In this document: positions 43,758-56,226 of the stretch, piece after piece
Numbering within the stretch: the first letter of the stretch is position 1
Layout: every line of letters starts with the position of its first letter
Origin: Ruditapes philippinarum
Lineage: Eukaryota
Reading direction: 5' to 3'
Length of the DNA: 64,000 nt
Assembly (NCBI RefSeq): GCF_026571515.1
Contig: NW_026860085.1
Location: 248,001 to 312,000, forward strand
Notes under the pieces: model-generated
What the model was told of the DNA's origin: nothing
The model's database searches: none
What the model saw: the letters and a program-made list of their open reading frames with translations, nothing else
Made by a program: the position numbers and the translations under genes

Positions 43758-44199
43758 TCTAGAGCTCTAGAACTAGAAGCTCTCACCGATCCTTTCACTT
43801 ATTGTACAGTATCAAATACTCATTTGCCTTATGCAATGGTATAAATCAGTACAATATTCAGGGCAATCATGATCACCAGTAAGCCCCATGATTTCTTGAT
43901 TTATATAACGAACATATCCGAAGCATACCAAATAAAACTGGGACACTTCGGTTGAAAATTAGGTCATATGATCACTCGGTACTTCGTCGGAGTTTGACGG
44001 AAAATTCCGGAAAGATGTGTTTACGTATGAGACGTGAAATGCTTTTGGAAAACGTTATTTATGTAAATGTTTCTGTTACTTTTGGAAACAGAAATTACTA
44101 AAGTCAATATCAATTAAACATTTACAAATTATTATTATCCAATTGGGATAAGCGAAAAATTGGTATAAATACTATAGCTGTTCTTCGATTAATATCGAC

Positions 44200-44272
44200 G
44201 GCCGCGTGGCCTAATGGATAAGGCGTCTGACTTCGAATCAGAAGATTGCGAGTTCGAGTCTCGTCGTGGTCG
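44200..44272 (+). tRNA. tRNA-Arg (anticodon TCG)
   Basis: 73-nt cloverleaf GGCCGCG-TG-GCCTAATGGATAAGGC-G-TCTGACT[TCG]AATCAGA-AGATT-GCGAGTTCGAGTCTCGT-CGTGGTCG with A and B boxes. A T-run terminator follows at 44277-44281 and TATAAA lies about 30-36 nt upstream. Confidence 0.95.
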
Positions 44273-44899
44273 TATATTTTTAATCCTTTTTTCCAAGAAT
44301 ATGTATTCCATTAATAAGCAACGGATCCAGAAATGATTATCTGGAGTTATGCGGACATGGTGACTAAAAATTTTACTCAGAAACTTAAAGACCAAGCAGC
44401 ATAGCTCCGGATTCATGCTAATTTTCATGACAATTTTAAAAATGTAAAATATTTTGAAGTGAACAAAGAAAGTAATTTACGGGACTTAATAATCCACGTT
44501 AATTACCAAAAAAGGTAAAAATATACATAAACACATCTTACTGCGTTAAAAACGCAGTAGAATTATAGTGAAATCTTGATACTGCATAAGCAGTCATTTA
44601 TCGCACATAACATGCGAATAATTAATTAGATATTGAATCTTTTTACTTTTCTTAAGATCTCAATACATCAGATTGAGGTCGGAAAATGGTTTGATAATTG
44701 TAAGATTCTGGCGTCTACCTGAAAGTCCAACCATTTTTCCAACCGTCATCCGACGTAAGAACCTGACTTAATCTGACGTCAGTGTGGCGTCTTGTGTTTG
44801 CTGTGTAGCAATAGCTAAGCTCAACATCCATCGGAAGCAATGGTGCTTAGAATCAGAGATATTTAATTTAACACATATTGGTAAACACCATAAGGAATT

Positions 44900-47800
44900 G
44901 TGCTTCAAACTTGACAACTACCACCTGCTTATCAATACCTAAGAAATAAAGTACTTCAAACTCAACTTCTATCGGTCAACACCCTAAACCATATTGCCCG
45001 TAACTCAACGTCTACCGGTCAACACCTAAGCAATAGTGCTACAGCCTTAACACCAACAGCTCCACACCTTTGAACTGGCTGTCAAAACTCAATATCTACC
45101 TGTTAACACCTTACCAATATTGCTTTGACAGACATAAGCATTTCTCAGTCAATACCTTTGCGATGTTCCTTTCGGACCTCAAAACTTACCATTCAACAGC
45201 TTAGCAATGTTGCTTCAAACCTCAAAATCTATACCGGTTTACACCTTAGCAATGTTGCTTCAGACCTCACCGATCAACACCTAGACAATGTTGTTTCGGA
45301 CCTCAACATCTATACCGTTCCATATTGCTTCAGACCTAAACATTTATCAGTCAACACATTAGCAATATTGCTTCAGATCTCAACATATATCGTTCAACAC
45401 CTTAGCAAAGTTGCTTCATGCTTCAACATATATCGTTCAACACCTTAGCCAAGTTGCTTCATTCTTCAACATATATCGCTCAACACCTTAGCAAAGTTGC
45501 TTCATGCTTCAACATATGTCGTTCAACACCTTAGCAAAGTTGCTTCATGCTTCAACATTAAAATCGTCCAACACCTTAGCAAAGTTGCTTCAAGCTTCAA
45601 CATATATCGTTCAACACCTTAGCAAAGTTGTTTCATGCTTCAACATTTGCCATGTTGAATCAAACCTTAACATCTACCAGTCAACACCTCAACAATGTTA
45701 ATTCAGACATCAACATATACATCTGGCAGCACCTTATCAAAGTTGCTTCAAACTCAACACCTACCGGTCAACACATTCGAATAATTGCCTCAGACCTCAA
45801 CACCTCAGCAATGTTGCTTCAGACCTCATCATCTATCAGTCAACACCTCAGCACTGTTGCTTCAGACCTCATCATCTATCAGTCAACACCTCAGCACTGT
45901 TGCTTCAGACCTCATCATCTATCAGTCAACACCTCAGCACTGTTGCTTCAGACCTCATCATCTATCAGTCAACACATCAGCAATGTTGCCTCAGACCTTA
46001 AAATTTATCAGTTAACACCTCATGCAGCAATGTTACTTCAGACCTCATCATCTATCAGTCAAAACCTCAGCAATGTTGCTTCAGACCTCATCATCTATCA
46101 GTCAACACCACAGCACTGTTGCTTCAGACCTCAACATCTATCAGTCAACACCTCATGCAGCAATGTTGCTTCAGACCTCATCATCCATCAGTCAATAAAT
46201 CAGTACTGTTGCTTCAGACCTCATCATCTGTCAGTCAACACCTCAGCACTGTTGCTTCAGACCCCATCATCTATCAGTCAACATCTCAGCACTGTTGCTT
46301 CAGACCTCATCATCTGTCAGTAAACACCTCAGCAATGTTGCTTCAGACCTCATCATCTATCAGTCAACACCTCAGCACTGTTGCTTCAGCCCTTAACATC
46401 TATCAGTCAACACCTCATGCAGCAATGTTGCTTCAGACATCATCATCTATCAGTCAACACCTCAGCACTGTTGCTTCAGACCTCAACATCTATCAGTCAA
46501 CACCTCATGCAGCAATATTGCTTCAGACCTCAACATTTATCAGTCAACACCTCAGAAATGTTGCTTCAGACCTCATCATCTATCAGTCAACACATCAGCA
46601 CTGTTGCTTCAGACCTCATCATCTATCAGTCAACACCTCAGCAATGTTGCTTCAGACCTCATCATCTATCAGTCAACACCTCAGCAATATTGCTTCAGCC
46701 TTCATCATCTATCAGTCAACACCTCAGCAATGTTGCTTCAGACCTCATCATCTATCAGTCAACACCTCAGCAATATTGCTTCAGAACTCATCATCTATCA
46801 GTCAACACCTCAGCAATGTTGCTTCAGACCTCATCATCTATCAGTCAACACCTCAGCAATGTTGCTTCAGACCTCAACATTTATCAGTCAACACCTCATG
46901 CAGCAATGTTGCTTCAGACCTCAACATTTATCAGTCAACACCTCAGCAATTTTGCTTCAAACCTCATCATCTATCAGTCAACACCTCATTAATGTTGCTT
47001 CAAACCTCAACATCTATCAGTCAACACCTCATCAATGTTGCTTCAAACCTCAAACATTTATCAGTCAACACCTCAGCAATTTTGCTTCAGACCTCATCAT
47101 CTATCAGTCAACACCTCAGCAATGTTGCTTCAGACCTCATCATCTATTAGTCAACAACTCAGCAATGTTGCTGCAGACCTCATCATCTATCAGTCAACAC
47201 CTCAGCAATGTTGTTTCAGACCTCATCATCTATCAGTCAACACCTCAGCAATGTTGCTTCAGACCTCATTATCTATCAGTCAACACATCAGCAATGTTGC
47301 TTCAGACCTCATCATCTATCAGTCAACACCTCAGCAATATTGCTTCAGACCTCATCATCTATCAGTTAACACCTCATGAAGCAATGTTGCTTCAGACCTC
47401 ATCATCTATCAGTCAACACCTCAGCAATGTTGCTTCAGACCTCATCATCTATCAGTCAACACCTCAGCAATGTTGCTTCAGACCTCATCATCTATCAGTC
47501 AACACCTCAGCACTGTTGCTTCAGACCTCATCATCTATCAGTCAACACATCAGCAATGTTGCTTCAGACCTCATCATCTATCAGTCAACACCTCAGCAAT
47601 GTTGCTTCAGACCTCATCATCTATCAGTTAACACCTCATGCAGCAATGTTGCTTCAGACCTCATCATCTACCAGTTAACACCTCATGAAGCAATGTTGCT
47701 TCAGACCTCATCATCTATCAGTTAACACATCAGCAATATTGCTTCAGACCTCAACATTTATTAGTCAACACCTCAGCATTGTTGCTTCAGACCTCAACAT

Positions 47801-48290
47801 TTATTAGTCAACACCTCAGCAATGTTGCTTCAGACCTCATCATCTATCAGTCAACATATCAGCAATGTTGCTTCAGACCTCATCATCTATCAGTCAACAC
47901 CTCAGCAATGTTGCTTCAGACCTCATCATCTATCAGTCAACACCTCAGCAATGTTGCTTCAGACCTCATCATCTATCAGTTAACACATCAGCAATGTTGC
48001 TTCAGACCTCAACATTTATTAGTCAACACCTCATGCAGCAATGTTGCTTCAGACCTCAACATTAATCAGTCAACACCTTAGCACTGTTGCTTCAGACCTC
48101 AACATTTATTAGTCAACACCTCATGCAGCAATGTACTTCAGACCTCAACATTAATCAGTCAACACCTTAGCAATGTACTTCAGACCTCAACATCTATCAG
48201 TCAACACCTCAGCAATGTTGCTTCAGACCTCATCATCTATCAGTCAACACCTTAGCAATGTACTTCAGACCTCAACATCTATACCGGTTA
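44900..48290. repeat. 43-bp minisatellite array (~3.3 kb) with 46-bp variants and a degenerate left edge
   Basis: Unit CAGCAATGTTGCTTCAGACCTCATCATCTATCAGTCAACACCT. Confidence 0.95.
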
Positions 48291-48532
48291 CCAATATAAA
48301 ACACCCAAAAGAAATCCTGTTTTTCGTAAACTTTATTTAAAATAAAACAACAAAAAAGGCAATATACACTCTACATGTTTATAAATTTGATTCTGAAAGG
48401 CAATGTTAACATGAGTGATTTTAGCAATTGTTGGTCTTGTGAAAAAGTCGCCAACATGGACTGAATCACTTGACACTTACAGTTTTCTGGTTGATATTAA
48501 TTTTTTTGATTCAATCCTCATCAAAGACACTT

Positions 48533-48758
48533 GAGCCATGTTATGACAAAACCAACATAATGGGTTTGCGACCAACATGGATCCAGACCAGCCTGCGCCT
48601 CCGCGCAGTCTGATCAGGATCCATGCTGTTCACTATCAGTTTCTCTACTTGTTATAGGGTTTGTAAGCGAACAGCATGGATCCTGATCAGACTGCGCAGG
48701 CTGATCTGGATCTTGCTGGTCGCAAACCCATTATGTTGGTTTTGTCGTGACGCGGCTC
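48533..48758. mobile_element. Palindromic MITE, copy 9
   Basis: ACTT TSD. Confidence 0.9.
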
Positions 48759-50154
48759 ACTTATAAAATAACTTACTATGTTATCATACTGACACAATAA
48801 GGAACTGTACAATACTAGGTGAATCACTTAAAAACACTTGATCACGATCTGATAGTTGTTGTCTTATTCAAGTTATGCTTAATAGCTTTACACTTTAAAC
48901 AGTTGTTTTTACCTTATATAACAGTGGCCTATAAAACGCCCCTTTTAAATGGAAATTATTTTAAATTCATGCTTGTTTTCCCAAAAAATCAGAACATACT
49001 CTAGCTTTCTCTTCCGATATTAGCAATTTCCCAAATTGAAGAGAGTAAGACCTCATCCTGATTAAGTGAGACAAAAAAAAACTGTTCTAATACACGTAAT
49101 TTTTATTTCTTAAAATAGTGTTTAGTTAATTCATTTTCCTTCATAATGACAAGCTGTGAACGGTCTTAAATTCAACGATGTTCTGCCAGCGTCCTTACCG
49201 ATACTGTGTCACGTGCTCACGTGTAAAATCATGACATGACTCATACAGTCACCACCGTGTAATTAAACTCTTCCTTATTCACCAAAACTGTTAAGAAATA
49301 ATCTAAGCATAATTAACTAAGTAGCACATTGACATGGTAGTATTGTCATAGCTACATCACTACCACTCTCTTACAGGTCCATAAAGCCTCAGAAATGCAA
49401 TCATTTTTATTTTTTGATAGTGTCCTGTTAAAGTTTCAAAACGGTTATTTATTAGCCGTATAGCTGAGACATAGTTCGCTTCTTTTGCGTTTACGCAATG
49501 AGTACAGCTATAGTGATTAAAAATATTTTGTATGCAAGTCAACATACTTAATTGTTTCATCAGATGATAAACATCTCACATGATTTAAATACATTATTAC
49601 AACACATATTTATCCTATTTGCAGAATGAAAAAAAATATTCTTTTCCGAGGCATGATGTGTCTTTAAACAATTCTCTCTTTAAATGGCAATGCATACAGA
49701 AAATCAACTTGAACATATGATAAAATATAATTTACAAAATACAAATATAGAACTAGCTTTAATAACTACTTATACGTTTAAAACGAGGTAAAAACCCTCC
49801 TAGTATTAATCCCCTGCTCTAAAGCTCTAGCTATTTTTAGGTTTAAATTTGTAACAGGAACAACATATATAATGTAAACATTTTCATTTTTTGTAGTTAA
49901 TGAGTCTGGCTAGAACAACGAACACATAAAATAATGTTGTTTGTTTTGTTCTTGGTGTGTATCTGACGTCATTTGTATCGTCATCTAGAACGCTCATACA
50001 AAATGCTCTGCAATGATTCACAAAAAGTGTTTAAATCATAAATCAGATTGATTGAGCTTGACTACATAGCATCGATGAGAAATGGAAAAATAAATAAACA
50101 AAATTACTTCTTTAAAAGGTTTTTTTCAATACTGATTTTAATGTACAAATGAGA

Positions 50155-51818
50155 TCACACAAATTTTTCTTTAAATTTATTGAACATGCTGCCTGACTCG
50201 CGTTTCTTATCTTTTTTGCTTGGCTTTTGTGATGTAGCGGTCTTTGATTTATTAGTTGCCCCCTTCTTGGTGTGATCAGTAAAAGTTGTGGGAGATGAAG
50301 AAAGAGATTGATAATTGGATGTTGGTTGGCCCCGTACCTCTGAAGACATACCGTGTTCTGTTGGCGCTCTCAATTGGGACCTATTGCTTACATTTGTCGG
50401 TATGCGTTCGGCTCCGGAATTAACCGATCTCTCATCATGCTCATCTAGACGCCTGGGTGTTGGAAATCTTATAGCTTTTAAACTTTCATCACTCTGTTCA
50501 AATGGATTGTGCTCATCTTCCGGTTCAAAATATGTGTTTGGTCCTATTGGCGCAATTATGGCTGTAGAAAGTCTGTCCCAAACCCATTCAACCATGTCGG
50601 ACTTGCCGAAGTCACATAATGCCAGAAAGCGAAGGATTCTGGGTATTGGTGTATTTTTTTCACGGATAACTGGTATAAGTTTTTTGCTTCTTGCACCTGA
50701 AATAAAAATAAAAACATTATCTTTAAGACTTATATGTACTCCAAGCTCATTAAAAGAAGAATGGGTCAATTGAATTCTATGATTATCTTCGCATTGTAAG
50801 GCAAATTTGTTCATAGATTTTGGTAGAATAGCAATCTTACCTGGTGCTAGAGCATGAGCGAATTTCACCTGAAAGTCACACGCAGAACTCTGCAAAAACG
50901 TTCTGGACATCAGTATCACCACTCTACGGCATCTGAAAACACAGAATATAAAAAAATATATCTAAAGTATGCGTATGAAGATCATTATAAAAAAACATTT
51001 TCGTAGTATTGAAAAAAATAAAGCAATGAAAAGTATGTTCAGGACAATTATGTTTAAACAAAGTTTTTTCTAAAATCTATAATCGCAATAAATCAGAGTG
51101 ATTACGAAATATGAAATAAATGAAAGACGAAATAAATCCAATAACCTCTCCTAAGGTGAAGCCCAACCCCTCCCCCCTCCCCCGGAAAAAAAACGAAGTT
51201 GAGTAAAAGTAACTGAAGTGTCATTACTAAAGCATTACATGTATGAACCTAATTAGTGCTTTAATCAGATAGTAAATCTGTTTCTCATTTGGCGACGATT
51301 CGCATTTATTTTGTATATATTACTCGTATTTACTATTTAAGTATTTACTTAACTGGTATTTGTTAAAAAACTAAACATGATATATACAAATTTGTACCTC
51401 TTGAAGAAGAAAACCCCACTTGTACGTTCATTGAACATTTAAAAGAAGATGAACTTACCTGGCTTCTATGAGATAAGCTGTGATTGTGTGTTCAGCTGAA
51501 CCAGGCAGGTCGTCTCTTCCAGGTACAAACAATTTTAGCCCTCGTTTAACTTCCAGCTCATTTATCATTTCATACAGAAATTGGCGGTCTTTCTCGTCCT
51601 CAGATGACCAACAGATGAAGGCGTCATAAAATGTTTTCTTCCCGGTCATAACTATAAAAGTAATATTTGTTGTTAAATGGAGTAAATTGGATAAAAAAAA
51701 TCAAAGATATAATACACATAAAGTGGAAAACTTCTAAGATATACATGCATATATGTGTACAAAAGGTATTTCGCCAACAGTAAGATATGTATCAAAAAGT
51801 TATTAGTTATACACTTTA

Positions 51819-51854
<36 letters not shown>

Positions 51855-54800
51855 TTCATCGTCATCATCATCATTGTCATGGGCGTGGTTGTCGTCATCA
51901 TTTNNNNNNNNNNNNNNNNNNNNNNNNNNNNNNNNNNNNNNNNNNNNNNNNNNNNNNNNNNNNNNNNNNNNNNNNNNNNNNNNNNNNNNNNNNNNNNNNN
52001 NNNNNNNNNNNNNNNNNNNNNNNNNNNNNNNNNNNNNNNNNNNNNNNNNNNNNNNNNNNNNNNNNNNNNNNNNNNNNNNNNNNNNNNNNNNNNNNNNAAA
52101 GAAAATATTAATAGACTTACCATCTCCTCTTGTTGCAAATTTCGTCTCGTCAACCCTCATCTCGGATGTTGTAACTGTAACGTGAAACAAACTTTAGTCA
52201 TCACTTACACCAAAGCCATAAAATAAGAAAGATACAAATTAGCCGCGTCATGACAAAACCAACATAATGGGTTTGCGACCAGCATGGTCCAGACCAGACT
52301 GCGCATCCGCGCAGTCTGATCAGGATCCATGCAGTTCGCTATCAGTTTCTCTACTGGTAATAGAGTTGGTAAGCGAACAGCATAGATCCTGATCAGACTG
52401 CGCAAATGCGCAGGCTGCCTGGATCCATGATGGTCGCAAACGCAGTATGTTGGTTTTGTCGTGACGCGGCTCAAATGTTCATGTACAAACAATTAGGAAG
52501 GATCAGCAATTATTCCATCTATATTATGGCCGAACCTTTGCTCCGTGTAACAAGACAATAGGTAAGTACTTAAATTATCAAAAGAAAATTAAGGAGAAAA
52601 TTTACATTCCTTTATTGATATGGTCCATCGATCGGCAATTTGATCTGTATACAATAAATGACATTTTTTATTGTGATATATAATTTATTCATACCTGTAG
52701 GATCTTGTTCTATTCTGTATCTTTCGGCATCTTCTGCTAGCTGCAGATTTTCTTCATATTTCTCACAGTCTTTTACTAAAATATAAATCACTTAATTGTT
52801 TTTTTTCTGTTTGAAATTAATCAAATCTTTCAGATTTTTTGTTCCAAACCATGTCCCATGTTAATATCTGACATCGCTTGTTTGTTTGTGTATTTTACTC
52901 CCTTTATGTAATTTTCGCTACCATTTAATACATTATATGCTACATGAATAATGTATATGACTGATATTATGCCAAATATTATATGTATGTTTGTAATTTC
53001 ACTCACGCTGTATATATACAGGTATATGATTCATATATGTGTCATGATAAGGAACTGTTATAATCAAGTCATATTGTATAATAAAATCTGTTCTGCTCTG
53101 TTCTTCTTTATAACATAATGTTACCTATTGATACATCATGCGGACATGTTGCTTGTTCTTTTTTTATATACATTTTGTAGCGAGTTTTTACATTGAGTTG
53201 CTTGTTCTTACATTCAATGATATTGCCTGTTTGTACATTATGTTGCTTCTTTGAACATTATATTGCTTGTATGAATATTTAGTAGCTTTGACATGATGTT
53301 ATTTTGATGGGTCTAAAATATGGAGAAAACGTGATCCCTCGGAAGCATTAATCACAACAAAATTACATGAAAATTGCAGACTCTGTTTGACTAAGTATGT
53401 ACACGAGGGACAAAGAATTTAATAAGTGCAAAATCCCTAATGCCCCCTATCACCGGCCCCCTATCACCGGCTTGAGCGGTACTCAATTTTCAACACTAAA
53501 AGTGATGGAATCAATGATTTTAAAACCTTCTTCTATTTATATATACATGTTTGCATGATAAAACATGTATACACGCTAGTCATGGTTATATACTGTACTT
53601 ACATTTAATTTAAACACTTTTAAAATCTTAACCTAGTTGTTAAAAGAATTTAAGAATAAGTATTGTTTTTTAAGTAGCTACTCCATTCATAACAACATCG
53701 ACATTATGTAGCTATGCGAAACTTAATTTTCTATACTTTCAAATTACCTTCCACGTACAGTAAATATTTAAATTTCTTTAGTAACAATCAACATTGTTCC
53801 ACATGTAATGCCTGAACTGAATTTATACTTTTCAAGTTTGCAATTACTATTATCGCTGTACATTGATATAAGGTAATTATAATAATCAATATTATTAAAC
53901 CCTTTTTAAAACCGAGTAAAATACGGCAAATTTAAGTTGAATTCGTCAGGGGAATACCCGTTTTTTTCCAGTGTGTAATTTCAATTGAAATCTTTCCAAA
54001 TTTTGTTTTTGTTCTGCAGATATTTAGTAATAACTTCGGAGAGAGAAAGATATCAGTTCAGAATAACATGTTTAAACCGATATCTTTAAAAAAAAAAGGG
54101 GGGGGGGGTGACATTAAAAAACATCCATTAAGGCAGCGCTATTCCTGGTTTTTGCTTTTTTGTATTGCAAAACTTGTTCTAATAAGAACACAATAAGTCC
54201 AAACACTATGTTTATAATATAATGTTTATAAATTTTGTATCTTTATATCTTGGGACTTACGGAGCATCAGGGCCATACTAGAGGCAAATCTTCTTATTAA
54301 AGTAACAGGAACGCCAATAGCTTGATTGTAGAAAATTTGTAAAATGGATTATACCGATCCGACAAAACTGTCACGGGTTAGGGTTCATCAAGCATATAAT
54401 CTATTTTATGTCATAATTATAAAGAGAACGCGTATGGTAAACACATTTCAAACATGTCATTGAAAAACTATTTATCTTTGTTTTGCTCTATTACGTGAAA
54501 ATAAAAAAGGAAATAAAAACATATTTTACACAAATGCATACATAATGAAATAAATGCAGTATAAATGTAACTTTAGATATTACTAATTTTAACTTTCAGG
54601 TTACAATATGTAAATCTTAAATCTAGTTTTCAATGAATAATATTATTGTTGTATATACATGTAACTAAACAATAAACATTATAAACGTAAAATAATAGTC
54701 TCTTCAAACAGGAAATTACACCAACATGCTAATTGTCCTAGTAATCACTTAACCAGCGGAATTTTTTAATGGTACATGTATCAATTATTTAATTGTTCAT

Positions 54801-56226
54801 TATCATCAATTTTTAAAGATATCAAGTACATAAGTCCGGCACGGTGATTGGTCACTGCACCCCCTCCCCACCCCCTCTAATATCCCAAACCACCCAAAAC
54901 AATATGGGTAGTGAAAAATCAACTGTGATACTGGAGAAGAAAGAATGGATTAGGTAAGCTTGGTCAGACTACATGGGCTTGCGGGCTGGTGTGCCTCTTA
55001 ATGATGACAAAGGTTAAATATTTACGGTTCCAGCAAGTCAAAGGGAACTGGTTTATGATAGAAGATCTGTTATGTCATCAATAAATACGTTGATAGTATT
55101 TAGTATAGGACATTAAAACAAACCACGATGCACGAGTGTTGTTTGTAACATATAACAAAGTGTGCTAGAACAAAATAGTATCATTATTTTTCATACATTA
55201 TGCTCATACTTAATCTCTTTAGAATTCTGTTAACATATGAGCCGTGTCAAGTCAAAACCAACATAGTGGGTTTGCGACCAGCATGGATCCAGACCAGCCT
55301 GCGCATCCACGCAGTCTGATCAGGATCCGTGCTGTTCGCTTACCAACCCTATAACAAGTAGAGAAACTGATAGCGAACAGCATGGATCCTGATCAGACTG
55401 CGCGGGTGCGAAGGCTGGTCTGGATCCATGCTGGTCGCAAACCCATTATGTTGGTTTTGTCGTGACGTGGCTATTTTCAGTAATATTTTATAAGAATATA
55501 GAAAAGCCACATCTTTATATTGTGTTATCAATATTTGATATACTTGTGGAAATGTTTCAATCCACTTTGAAGGTTATAGATATTATAGCTTTACAGCCTG
55601 GTGACAGTCACCCATCGTTTCAAGATTCATTTATGACCTGACAAGTATGTTTTTTTCCCTTTATACTTTGTGTATATGGATGCAAGTCAATTAAACATAC
55701 GAGCAAAGCACACAGTGATCTACCAGAATTTGGACATGGGTTCCGTTACGTTAACTTTTACGTTAAGTATGGTTACCGTAACGTTAAACTAAACGTTCAA
55801 CATAGTGAACATTTTCATTTCATACAGTATATGTAATATGAAACTATACTTACTTATTGGTCGCCGGCAGTCAACAAGAACATCAAATCTTTCCATCAAA
55901 AATAGATACGTCCATAGATTTCCCACGGTTCCATTCTGGCCTGTCCACTTCTCAAGTAATTCAAAAGTTGGACTTTTCTGTCTTTTCATGTTCATGATAC
56001 TGTTGTAATCAAATCCAGCAAGTTCTGCCAAACCACTATAGTCATTAACAACGTCGGAGTCTCCACCCTCATGGTTAACTACAACAAGAGCTCCTTCCAA
56101 ATCCAGAAACCCCGACAACTTCCGTCGTGAAGCTACTCTTAGAGCCCTTAAAGGCGTAAAAGTATATATTTCTGGCAGGACAAGATCTGGTTGAATTGTA
56201 TCATCATCATCCATTCTTGTAGCCAT
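50155..56226 (-). CDS. MYD88: Myeloid differentiation primary response protein MyD88, about 444 aa. Exons: 56226-55854, 52775-52695, 52174-52121, 51651-51459, 50932-50841, 50696-50155
   Basis: N-terminal death domain ([18 protein letters not shown]...[11 protein letters not shown]...[10 protein letters not shown]...[18 protein letters not shown]). TIR domain (YDAFICW, GRDDLPG BB loop, [47 protein letters not shown]). Phases join. Confidence 0.93.
51820..51903. repeat. (CAT)n microsatellite running into an assembly gap
   Basis: Directly visible. Confidence 0.9.
51904..52097. other. Assembly gap in MyD88 intron 3
   Basis: Run of N. Confidence 0.99.
52240..52472. mobile_element. Palindromic MITE, copy 10
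   Basis: AAAT TSD; in MyD88 intron 2. Confidence 0.88.
55239..55472. mobile_element. Palindromic MITE, copy 11
   Basis: Same arms; in MyD88 intron 1. Confidence 0.88.

Noticed and set aside
44230-44240. A37 rather than G37 next to the TCG anticodon
   Set aside because: As recalled, A37 occurs in other invertebrate tRNA-Arg(TCG) genes, and the cloverleaf is otherwise intact.
45125-48081. Many long overlapping ORFs, and a superficially CRISPR-like periodicity
   Set aside because: Head-to-tail 43-bp tandem repeat with no unique spacers and no cas genes, in a eukaryotic context.
50315-50773. 152-aa plus-strand ORF (similarly 615-899, 43246-43611, 55805-56008)
   Set aside because: Antisense shadows of real coding exons with no recognisable motifs.
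51755-52226. His/Ser/Asp-rich ORFs
   Set aside because: A (CAT)n microsatellite plus an N gap.
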